64,000 nt of DNA, from positions 1,093-65,092 of the forward strand of contig JAYGCN010000067.1 of assembly GCA_046583315.1 (NCBI GenBank), read 5' to 3'. Shown here in pieces: positions 31,204-39,536 of this stretch. The notes beneath the pieces are model-generated. The model worked only from the letters and a program-made list of their open reading frames with translations. It had not been told where the DNA came from and made no database searches. Position 1 is the first letter of the stretch; each line of letters begins with the position of its first letter. This DNA comes from Candidatus Hydrogenedentota bacterium. GTDB lineage: Bacteria; Hydrogenedentota; Hydrogenedentia; Hydrogenedentales; GCA-2746185. Made by a program: the position numbers and the translations under genes.

Positions 31204-32193
31204 ATGGACACACTCGATACGATACGCAAAGCCCTGGCCGCACAGCTGGACGGACTCGCAGCCATCGCCGGACGCGCAGGCGAACGATATGTTGACGCTG
31301 TGAATATCCTGTTTGGCGCAAAAGGAAAAGTGGTCGTCATCGGCATGGGCAAATGCGGTCACATCGGCCAAAAAATCGCCGCGACTCTGGCGAGCACGGG
31401 TACGCCCGCGCAGTTTGTGCATCCGGCAGAAGCCATTCATGGGGATCTCGGCTACATTCAACCCGATGATGTGCTGTTGGTGTTGTCCAATAGCGGCGAG
31501 ACCTCGGAAATTGCGGCACTACTTCCGGTATTCGCGCGGCATGGGTGGAAAATGGTCGCGTTGACGGGTCAACCCAAATCGCAATTGGCCGAAGCCGCGA
31601 CCGTTTCCCTGAATCTGCGTGTTTCCACTGAAGGAGATTCGCTCGGCCTTGCTCCGATGGCGAGTACGACCGTGATGTTGGCTGTGGGCGATGCGCTTGC
31701 GGCGGCACTCATGCATAAACGCGGGTTTACCCGTGAGGACTACAGTGAACGTCATCCCGGCGGCAGTCTCGGCCAAAAATTATTGAGTCGGGTCGACACC
31801 CTCATGCATACGGAAGCAGCCTTGCCTCTGTGCAGTGAATCGACGTTGTTGCGTGAGGCGTTGGTTCTCATTACGTCAAAGCGTCTCGGTACAGCCTTTG
31901 TCGTGGACGAGAAGCGACATCTTATCGGCATCGTTTCGGATGGCGACGTACGCCGGATTTTTCAGCACGACGAAACGCCACTCGAAAGACCCGTCACAGA
32001 ATTCATGACACACCACGCGAAAACGATTCACGCCGACATGCTCGCGGTGGACGCTTTACGTTTGATGGAAGACGCGTTGATTACGTGCCTGCCCGTGGTG
32101 GATGATTCGGACGCGGTCATCGGTGCGCTACACATTCACGATCTCGTGCGCGCAGGTATCGGTGAGTATCCGGATTTTCTTAAAGAATCGTAG
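31204..32193 (+). CDS. kdsD: Arabinose-5-phosphate isomerase (KpsF/GutQ family, SIS + 2 CBS)
   Basis: GMGKCGHIG.KIAATLASTG, EAIHGDLG, SNSGET, HPGGSLG, C-terminal CBS pair. Confidence 0.92.
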   Translation: MDTLDTIRKALAAQLDGLAAIAGRAGERYVDAVNILFGAKGKVVVIGMGKCGHIGQKIAATLASTGTPAQFVHPAEAIHGDLGYIQPDDVLLVLSNSGETSEIAALLPVFARHGWKMVALTGQPKSQLAEAATVSLNLRVSTEGDSLGLAPMASTTVMLAVGDALAAALMHKRGFTREDYSERHPGGSLGQKLLSRVDTLMHTEAALPLCSESTLLREALVLITSKRLGTAFVVDEKRHLIGIVSDGDVRRIFQHDETPLERPVTEFMTHHAKTIHADMLAVDALRLMEDALITCLPVVDDSDAVIGALHIHDLVRAGIGEYPDFLKES

Positions 32194-32962
32194 AGCGAAT
32201 CGATTGAATCGTGTCCAGCAGACCCGGAACGGTGGCCAGTGCCAACGAATTGGGTCCGTCGCATTTTGCGTCGTCCGGATTTGGATAGACTTCTGTAAAC
32301 AAGCCATCGATTCCATACGCCGCTGCGGCGCGCGCAAGGGGCACGACGTACTCGCGATTGCCGGATGACTTCCCGCCTTGCGACGGAATCTGCACGGCAT
32401 GGGTGGCATCAAATATAACGGGATAGCCAAATTCACGCATGATGTCCAGCGATCGAAAATCCACGACGAGATTGTTGTAGCCAAAGGTCGAACCGCGCTC
32501 GGTCAGCCAAAGAGATTTCGCTCCACTGCCGACAAGTTTATTCACAACATATTCCATATCGGCGGGAGACATGAACTGGGCCTTTTTCACGTTGACGATG
32601 CAGCCAGATTGTGCGGCTGCAACCAACAGATCGGTCTGTCGCGACAAGAAGGCCGGAATCTGAATCACGTCCAACACTTCAGCCGCCGCATCAATCTGCG
32701 AGACGTCATGTACATCGCTTAGTACGGGCACACCCAGCTCGGCTTTGATTTCCGCCAGCATTGCAAGTCCGCGCTCGAGACCAGGTCCGCGATAAGCGTC
32801 CAACGAGGTGCGGTTCGCTTTGTCGAAACTCGCTTTGAAATAGAAGTCAACTTCGGGATGAGATTCGGAAAAATGTTTCAATTCACGCCCGATGGCTAGA
32901 GAGATTTCGACAGACTCCAACACGCAGGGACCTGCGATGTATATCAGTTTCGGTGTTGACAT
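32180..32962 (-). CDS. kdsA: 3-deoxy-8-phosphooctulonate (KDO8P) synthase
   Basis: IAGPCVLES, KASFDKANRTS, QIPAFLSRQTDL, ERGSTFGYNNLVVD, FDATHAVQ, CDGPN; start ATG 32962. Confidence 0.96.
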   Translation of the reverse strand: MSTPKLIYIAGPCVLESVEISLAIGRELKHFSESHPEVDFYFKASFDKANRTSLDAYRGPGLERGLAMLAEIKAELGVPVLSDVHDVSQIDAAAEVLDVIQIPAFLSRQTDLLVAAAQSGCIVNVKKAQFMSPADMEYVVNKLVGSGAKSLWLTERGSTFGYNNLVVDFRSLDIMREFGYPVIFDATHAVQIPSQGGKSSGNREYVVPLARAAAAYGIDGLFTEVYPNPDDAKCDGPNSLALATVPGLLDTIQSIRSTIL

Positions 32963-32966
32963 ACTG

Positions 32967-33509
32967 CTAGTGACTCTCTCGACGAACTTCGTATTCGGAT
33001 TGGGTGAGGCCGTCCGGGAAGGTAGTGGTGTTGACATGCTTAAGCTTAATATCGCGCGTGATCGGCCCGAACAAGGGGATTCCCTCACCGATCAAAATAG
33101 GGATTCGGGTGATAATAAACCTGTCGATGAGTCCGGCGTTGAGGAATTGTTGAACCGTGAGTCCCCCGTCGATGTAGAGATGTTTCGCACCGCGTTCAGC
33201 GAGACGTTCCACGACCTCGTTGGGCGGACAGTTCATCATCTCAATGGTTTCGGGGAATTCGTCGGGGATCGGGATGCTTCGACTGCTGAGCACGACGACC
33301 GGTTTGTCCTCATAAGGCCACGTGCCGTAGTCGAGGACGAATTCGTAGGTGTGGCTGCCCATGACGAGAACGTCTACGGTTTCGAAGAACTTGACGAAGT
33401 CGTAGTCCTCAGTGCTATCGTCGTCGGGATCGCCAAGCCAGTCTACGCTGCCGTCGGGGCGGGCAATAAACCCATCAATACTTGTCGCGAGGTATGCGGT
33501 CGTTTTCAT
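32967..33509 (-). CDS. Dihydrofolate reductase / RibD_C-family protein
   Basis: YLATSIDGFIA, LVMGSHTY, LYIDGG, PILIGEGIPLF; start ATG 33509. Confidence 0.9.
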   Translation of the reverse strand: MKTTAYLATSIDGFIARPDGSVDWLGDPDDDSTEDYDFVKFFETVDVLVMGSHTYEFVLDYGTWPYEDKPVVVLSSRSIPIPDEFPETIEMMNCPPNEVVERLAERGAKHLYIDGGLTVQQFLNAGLIDRFIITRIPILIGEGIPLFGPITRDIKLKHVNTTTFPDGLTQSEYEVRRESH

Positions 33510-33568
33510 GGGCGATAGTATACAGGATGGTGCGCATAGTGTGTGAGTGATTGATGAAAAACAGCGAC

Positions 33569-33596
33569 TGGAGCAATACCATTGGAGCAATACCAT
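33569..33596 (+). repeat. Perfect 14-bp tandem duplication TGGAGCAATACCAT covering an RBS
   Basis: Copies at 33569-33582 and 33583-33596; the second copy runs into ATG 33595. Confidence 0.85.
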
Positions 33597-33891
33597 GATT
33601 CTTGAAGTAGCCGTATTGGATGTAAAACCGGGGCTGGCGGACGCGTTTGAGGCGGCCTTCGCGAAAGCGCAATCGAATATTTCTTCGATGAAGGGGTATA
33701 TCTCCCATGAACTGAAACGCTGCGTGGAAACGGACTCCAGGTATATCCTGCTTGTGGAGTGGGAAACGCAGGAAGACCACACGCAAGGATTTCGTGGGTC
33801 AGAGGGCTATCAGGAATGGAAGGCGTTGCTGCATCAATTCTACGATCCTTTCCCTGTGGTGGAGCATTACGAGCCCGTTCAACTCGCTTGA
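33595..33891 (+). CDS. Antibiotic biosynthesis monooxygenase (ABM) family protein
   Basis: MILEVAVLDVKPG...FEAAF, GYISHEL, YILLVEWE...H..GFRGS, LLHQFYDPFP.VEH. Confidence 0.9.
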   Translation: MILEVAVLDVKPGLADAFEAAFAKAQSNISSMKGYISHELKRCVETDSRYILLVEWETQEDHTQGFRGSEGYQEWKALLHQFYDPFPVVEHYEPVQLA

Positions 33892-34015
33892 CTCAATGGA
33901 CCCGACGATGAATAATGGATGCCGTCGAAGTTGTATGAGATGAGGGCCATCGAAATGACTGAAGAGGAAAAGGTGAATCCGAATTCGTAAGTGGAATTGA
34001 TGGAGTGATGAAGCG

Positions 34016-34375
34016 ATGAAAGTAAATTCAACGTGGAAAGTTCAAGTGTGAGCCAAATCTGAAGCTGGCGCGAAGAAACTCGCGAAACGGTGTGCCAGTA
34101 AAGTTGGCCTAATCCCATACGACATGAGCGTCGATGAACATCCCCGGGGCGGATATCTCGTGGAATTCGAATTCCGCCACGAGGCGAAACAGGAATGGCC
34201 CGATATGGTGAAGACGATCATTACCTTAGGCCAGAAACTGGGCAAGGGCTGGGTGCTCGAAGGAGATATCGAGGAATTTCTCGGCGGGATTCTGTCTGAA
34301 GAGGACGGCGGCACATTCTTGATCAAAGGACTACTATGGGCGAATTGGGTCATCGTAAACGAATTTTCGGATTGA
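34016..34375 (+). pseudogene. Hypothetical protein gene with an in-frame TGA at 34049-34051
   Basis: GGAG then ATG 34016: MKVNSTWKVQV*AKSEAGAKKLAKRCASKVGLIPYD, continuing in frame into ORF 34124-34375. Confidence 0.55.
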
Positions 34376-34446
34376 GAACAGGCTAATGGCCTTGAATCGT
34401 GACGAAGTTGAGGGCTAATTTTTCCGAAAATTCAGGAGGGAAACGA

Positions 34447-35217
34447 ATGCTTCAACGACATGCATTAACCATTTTCTTCGTCCTCGTATTGTCGATTAGC
34501 GCAGGGATTGCCGCGTTCGGACATTCAATCGGGAATACGGATATTACGATCCTGACGGTTTTCGGCCCTTCGCTGGTGGCGATTTTGTTGACGGGATTGG
34601 TCGGCGGGAAGACGGGTATTCATGAACTGTTAATCGAGCAGACCTTTCGGCGTGTGGGGCTGGGGTGGGTTGCTGTAACGCTGCTGACGATTCCTCTGGT
34701 TGGGATTGTGGCGGTCGGGATGCATTCGATATTCGGCGGGCCGGCTCTGGGCTTGCGATCAACCCAGATTTTCCCCCAAGTCATCGTCATCCTGCTGATT
34801 TCGGTAGGAGAAGAATACGGGTGGCGAGGTTACGCGTTGCCGCGACTACTCGAAAAGTTCAGTCCGATCGTCGCGGGCACTATATTGGGACTCGTCTGGG
34901 GCTTCTGGCATTTCCCCGGTTACCTGATCGGCGTAGGCGTTCCGCTGGACATGTCGTTCGTCGTCTTCATGCTGTGGGTCATTCCAGCGACACTCTTGAT
35001 GACGTGGGTCTACGTCAATACGCGCAGTGTCTTGTTGGCGATCATAATGCACTCGGGCGCAAACGCGACCTTCAACTATTTACCCATGTTGCCCGAGTTC
35101 GTCGGACAGGTGACGACGTTTTGGATATTCGTTGGCGTGTTATGGGTGGTCGCTGGCGTTGTCGCGGTGTTTGGACTCACGGGGAGACGCGAAGGCGCAG
35201 AGGTTTCAATTGATTGA
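34447..35217 (+). CDS. CPBP (CAAX/Abi) intramembrane metalloprotease
   Basis: EEYGWRG, WGFWHFP, HSGAN motifs; RBS AGGAGG before ATG 34447. Confidence 0.92.
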   Translation: MLQRHALTIFFVLVLSISAGIAAFGHSIGNTDITILTVFGPSLVAILLTGLVGGKTGIHELLIEQTFRRVGLGWVAVTLLTIPLVGIVAVGMHSIFGGPALGLRSTQIFPQVIVILLISVGEEYGWRGYALPRLLEKFSPIVAGTILGLVWGFWHFPGYLIGVGVPLDMSFVVFMLWVIPATLLMTWVYVNTRSVLLAIIMHSGANATFNYLPMLPEFVGQVTTFWIFVGVLWVVAGVVAVFGLTGRREGAEVSID

Positions 35218-35237
35218 GATGCCGAGTGAGGCGGCTG

Positions 35238-35267
35238 TTGGTCGGCGTTTGGTCGGCGTTTGCGGTT
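35238..35267 (+). repeat. Short intergenic tandem repeat (TTGGTCGGCGT x2 + partial)
   Basis: ttggtcggcgt ttggtcggcgt ttgcggtt. Confidence 0.6.
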
Positions 35268-35332
35268 GAATTTGAGAACGGGTATTATTTGAGTGAATGC
35301 GATCAAGGTTTCGCCCGTAACAGGAGAAAAAA

Positions 35333-35787
35333 ATGTTTGGACATCGAAAAAAATCTATCTTCTGTTGACGGTTAGCGTTTTTACGATCGCGATTTACGGT
35401 TGCGACAAAAATGACTCTGTTACCCAGGACGATAATGGCGGATTCATGACGGAGATTTCTTCGGGTGAGTTAACTGATCAGGTTAAGGTGCTTTATGAAA
35501 AGGCTAAAGCAGACGGCGAACAGGTTTCGGAGGATGTAGTTGAGTGGGCTAAGAGTGACGTGAAAAAGATCGGATCTTGGAGTTACAAAATCGTATCCAT
35601 TTCCTTCGATTCTGAGGATGCGATTGTTGAGGAACTTAATAAACTGGGGGATGACCGATGGGAGTGTTATTGCGTGGAAACCGTACCTGAGGGCAAGCGC
35701 TTCTATTTGAAGAAGTCGGTGCGTAGTTATTTGCAGATGGCTGGAAAAGTGTCTGCGTTTATCCCTGTTCCGGGCGGGCAGCAGTAA
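35333..35787 (+). pseudogene. Lipoprotein gene with a one-base frameshift in an A7 run within the signal peptide
   Basis: AGGAG + ATG 35333 is out of frame with the body; one extra A at 35347-35353 gives MFGHRKKIYLLLTVSVFTIAIYG-C. C-terminal WSYKIV...ELNKLGDDRWE resembles DUF4177-type domains. Confidence 0.6.
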
Positions 35788-35800
35788 GGGTTTCGTCTAA

Positions 35801-36757
35801 CTACTCTCTAAAAAAATACTCAAGCAACTCCCTCGGCGTCCCTTCATAATCCGCGTATTGCAGGTCGCCGGCGTAGTGTTGTTCGCCTCCGGTGTAGTAG
35901 ACGATGGTTTTTCCGTTCCAGTAGCAGATTTCCGCGTCGGAGGCGTTGGTTTCGCGGAGGTGTACGGGGCGTAGGGGGTGGATTTTGTTTTCGGGTTGGT
36001 AGGTGACGAAGGGGCGACCGTCCGGCGCGTCTTGCCAGTGGATGAGATCGGTGGACCGGGTGATACGGGTTTCGTAATGACCTTTGCCGATGCTTTGCAG
36101 GTAGAGGGTATAGTAATGTCCGCCTTCGTAGTACAACGCCGGACCACCCACGTATTTATCGACACCGTAGAGCGCATCGGCCACGGGTGTCCAGTTCACG
36201 AGATCGTCCGACGTGAAATATTTGAAGGTGAAGGTCGGCCATGCGGGGTCGTTGGATTCGACGAGCATGACGAATTGGTCTTTGCCGCGACACACGGAGA
36301 CGTTGAAGAATTTTTCGTGATCCTGGGAGCGTAAAACTTGTTTGGGTTTGGTCCAGTTGATGAGATCGGTGGACGAGGTCATCAGAATGTTGCGGATGTT
36401 CCACTTCTTCTCGGAGCCCCAGTTCCCGGCGAAGACGTAGACGGTGTCCTCCCACACGAAGGTCATGCCGAGGCCGTGTCCAATGAGCGGCGTGGACACG
36501 ATGCGGTCAGCCGCCATGTCGCGAATACGGATTTCGTCTTTCGTAAAATGGCTTCCATCTTTATCGTGGGGATGTTCCCATTGTTTCTGCCAGCTTTCCA
36601 TCAGATACAGCTTGTCGTGAAACACGAAGGGCGTCACTTCGACAAGTGGGGACTCCAGCTTGGCCCAGTTTTCGAGCGGGTGGGTCCAGTCGGCGGCTTG
36701 GACATGGCTACTCGCGAGGAATGCAAGCGTCGCAACAGTTAGAATGACGGTCTTCAT
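35801..36757 (-). CDS. Secreted five-bladed beta-propeller protein (GH32/43/130-like)
   Basis: Signal peptide ending VQAA; three S.DL..W repeats (SSTDLINW, TSDDLVNW, RSTDLIHW). Confidence 0.75.
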   Translation of the reverse strand: MKTVILTVATLAFLASSHVQAADWTHPLENWAKLESPLVEVTPFVFHDKLYLMESWQKQWEHPHDKDGSHFTKDEIRIRDMAADRIVSTPLIGHGLGMTFVWEDTVYVFAGNWGSEKKWNIRNILMTSSTDLINWTKPKQVLRSQDHEKFFNVSVCRGKDQFVMLVESNDPAWPTFTFKYFTSDDLVNWTPVADALYGVDKYVGGPALYYEGGHYYTLYLQSIGKGHYETRITRSTDLIHWQDAPDGRPFVTYQPENKIHPLRPVHLRETNASDAEICYWNGKTIVYYTGGEQHYAGDLQYADYEGTPRELLEYFFRE

Positions 36758-36904
36758 ACTACACTCTCCGAAATCGGGCCTTTATTGCGATGGTATACTT
36801 TCTTATCCGCAGATTGACGTAATTTTCTCTCGCCAACGCGAATAAATGCGGCTACCGATTGTGTTTATAGTACAAGATTGAATCGCTATTACAAAGGAGC
36901 GAAC

Positions 36905-37018
36905 ATGAATATCACTGAAAATAGCAAGACAGGGCTTTGGAAACGATTTAAGCACTTCATGTGTTGCGTCTATAAGCACGATCAGAAAGCGTGGAATAAA
37001 CTATTCGGATCACGGTAA
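36905..37018 (+). CDS. Putative 37-aa small protein
   Basis: AAAGGAG at 36893-36899, ATG 36905, MNITENSKTGLWKRFKHFMCCVYKHDQKAWNKLFGSR*; below the ORF-track cutoff. Confidence 0.5.
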   Translation: MNITENSKTGLWKRFKHFMCCVYKHDQKAWNKLFGSR

Positions 37019-37132
37019 CCTGCGCCTCTTTACACTCCACACCGTGCTGTAGCAATCCGCTCATTGTCTGCGGACCTGGGATGGTATACAATTGAAGCGT
37101 ATACCATTGGGCGAAAGCTGGATTGAGTGTTT

Positions 37133-39523
37133 ATGAAACGTTTTTCTGGAATTCTCGTTATTGGCGCGCTGGTTGCCGCTTGTTTACCCTCCCTTGCTAC
37201 GGAGCCGATCTCGTTTAATCGAGATATCAAACCCATCCTCTCGAACAATTGTTTCGATTGTCATGGGCCGGATGCACGGGCACGGAAGCGTCGACCTCGC
37301 TTCGATACCTTTGAAGGCGTGACATCGCTGACGCGTTTCAAGAAGCATCCGGTCGTGCCGGGCAAACCTCATAAGAGCGAGATGATCAAGCGGGTCTCTT
37401 CGGACGACACGGCGTATCGCATGCCGCCGGAGGAAACAGGCAAACGTTTGACCCCGGAACAGATCGAATTGCTTAGCCGCTGGATTGAAGAGGGCGGCGA
37501 GTATTCGGCACATTGGTCGTATATCGCGCCGGAACGTCCGCCGTTACCATCCGTCTTGGACGAAAAATGGCCGTGGAACCCGGTAGATTATTTCGTAATG
37601 GCGCGTTTGGATGAGGAACAATTGCATCCTTCCGAAGAGGCAGATCGTCACACACTGATACGCCGACTTTCACTTGACCTCACCGGACTGCCCCCCACGC
37701 CGGAACAGGTCAAGAAGTTTGTCAAGAGCCGAAAGAAAAAGTCATACGAAAAATTGGTGGACGAATTGCTGGAGTCCCCGGCCTACGGAGAGTATTGGAC
37801 GCAGCTGTGGCTTGATCTCGCGCGCTATGCGGATTCAAAGGGGTATGAAAAAGACGCGACGCGCACGATTTGGAAGTATCGGGACTGGGTGATCGATGCG
37901 CTGAACGCGGACATGCCGTATACGCAGTTCACGGTGGAACAGTTGGCGGGTGACCTGCTGGAGAATCCTACCGAAAGCCAGATTATCGCGACGGCCTTCC
38001 ATCGCAATACGATGAACAATGACGAAGGCGGCACGGATAACGAAGAATTCCGGGTCGCGGCGATCGTGGATCGCGTCAATACGACGATGCAGGTGTGGAT
38101 GGGCACAACCATGGGCTGCGCGCAATGCCACGCGCACAAATATGACCCTATTTCGATGAAGGATTATTACAGCTTCTTCGCGTTCTTCAATCAGACGGCC
38201 GACGCGGACATTCCAGATGAACGCCCGACTTATTGGCATGCGTCCGAGGAAGAAAGGGCGCAGAAAAAGGATATTGATGCGCGTTTGAAAGAAGCCAACG
38301 ATGGCCTGAAGACCGTTAATGCGGCTCTGGAAGCGGCAGATGAATCCGGGAAGGCCGACCTGGAACAACAAAAGAAAGACTTCGACCGCCAGAAGCGCAA
38401 GGCGGAATCGGAACGCGGGAAATTATCGGATAACATTAATTTGCGCACGCCGATCATGGAAGAGTTGCCCGATGACCAGCGACGCACTACGCATATCTTA
38501 TCCCGTGGGAATTTTCTGTCGCCGGGCAAAGAAGTAAATGAGGATACCCCGGAAGCCTTCCCGCCATTCGCGGACGACCAGCCGCGCAATCGACTCGGAC
38601 TCGCGAACTGGCTGGTCTCGGAAGAAAACCCCCTGACCGCGCGCGTGACGGTCAATCGGTATTGGGAGCAATTCTTCGGCGCAGGTCTCGTCGCGACCAG
38701 TGAAGAGTTCGGCACCCAAGGCGCATGGCCGTCTCACCCGAAATTGCTCGATTGGCTGGCCGTGGAATTCATGGAACAAGGCTGGAGCCTTAAGGAACTG
38801 TGCAAAACCATCGTGATGTCGGCGACGTATCGACAGCGTTCAAGCGTGACCCCTGCTTTGCTTGAGCGTGATCCGAATAACGAACTACTTGCACGCGGTC
38901 CACGGTTTCGCCTCGGTGCTGAAGCCCTGCGCGATCAGGCTTTACACGTGTCCGGATTACTCAGCAACAAAATGTACGGCGCGCCCGTGAAACCGTTCCA
39001 GCCGGCGAACGTGTGGCAGATTGTCTACAACGGCGACACCTGGAAAACGAGCGAGGGCGACGATAAATACCGACGCGGCCTCTACACCTATTGGCGGCGC
39101 ACGAGTCCCTATCCCTCTATGATGGCCTTCGACGCAACCTCGCGCGAAGTGTGTACGATTCGCCGCATACGCACAAACACGCCGTTACAGGCACTGGTCA
39201 CCCTGAATGATCCAGTGTATGTGGAAGCCGCACAGGGCATGGCGCGGCGCGTGCTCGACGAGTCGAAGGGTTCTCTCGAAAAACAAATGGCCTACGCGCT
39301 GGGATTGGCGCTGAGTCGACCCGCGCACGACGTGGAAGTGGATCGACTGGTCGAATTGTACGCGGAGGTTCACGAAACCTACGCAAACGATTCTCCGAAC
39401 GCCGAGCTAATGGCGACCTCGCTGCTGGGGCCTGCACCGGACATGGAAGCGGACGTGCTCGCGGCATGGACAGTCGTATGCAACACGATTATGAATCTTG
39501 ACGAGTTTTTGACGAAGCGATAG
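37133..39523 (+). CDS. Planctomycete cytochrome c - DUF1549 - DUF1553 protein (short form)
   Basis: [58 protein letters not shown]. Confidence 0.93.
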   Translation: MKRFSGILVIGALVAACLPSLATEPISFNRDIKPILSNNCFDCHGPDARARKRRPRFDTFEGVTSLTRFKKHPVVPGKPHKSEMIKRVSSDDTAYRMPPEETGKRLTPEQIELLSRWIEEGGEYSAHWSYIAPERPPLPSVLDEKWPWNPVDYFVMARLDEEQLHPSEEADRHTLIRRLSLDLTGLPPTPEQVKKFVKSRKKKSYEKLVDELLESPAYGEYWTQLWLDLARYADSKGYEKDATRTIWKYRDWVIDALNADMPYTQFTVEQLAGDLLENPTESQIIATAFHRNTMNNDEGGTDNEEFRVAAIVDRVNTTMQVWMGTTMGCAQCHAHKYDPISMKDYYSFFAFFNQTADADIPDERPTYWHASEEERAQKKDIDARLKEANDGLKTVNAALEAADESGKADLEQQKKDFDRQKRKAESERGKLSDNINLRTPIMEELPDDQRRTTHILSRGNFLSPGKEVNEDTPEAFPPFADDQPRNRLGLANWLVSEENPLTARVTVNRYWEQFFGAGLVATSEEFGTQGAWPSHPKLLDWLAVEFMEQGWSLKELCKTIVMSATYRQRSSVTPALLERDPNNELLARGPRFRLGAEALRDQALHVSGLLSNKMYGAPVKPFQPANVWQIVYNGDTWKTSEGDDKYRRGLYTYWRRTSPYPSMMAFDATSREVCTIRRIRTNTPLQALVTLNDPVYVEAAQGMARRVLDESKGSLEKQMAYALGLALSRPAHDVEVDRLVELYAEVHETYANDSPNAELMATSLLGPAPDMEADVLAAWTVVCNTIMNLDEFLTKR

Positions 39524-39536
39524 ACGGGACACCACT

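Noticed and set aside
32180-32193. 14-bp 3' overlap of convergent kdsD and kdsA
   Set aside because: Short convergent overlaps are common (also 40986-40997 and 46096-46099); no evidence of a special function.
33892-33990. Possible gene remnant NGPDDE*WMPSKLYEMRAIEMTEEEKVNPNS*
   Set aside because: Too short to support without a homology search.
8338-34051. Genome-wide reassignment of TAG or TGA
   Set aside because: TAG ends genes at their expected C-termini (12452, 39523, 59464) and TGA forms coupled stop/start overlaps (6215, 10758), so both act as normal stops.
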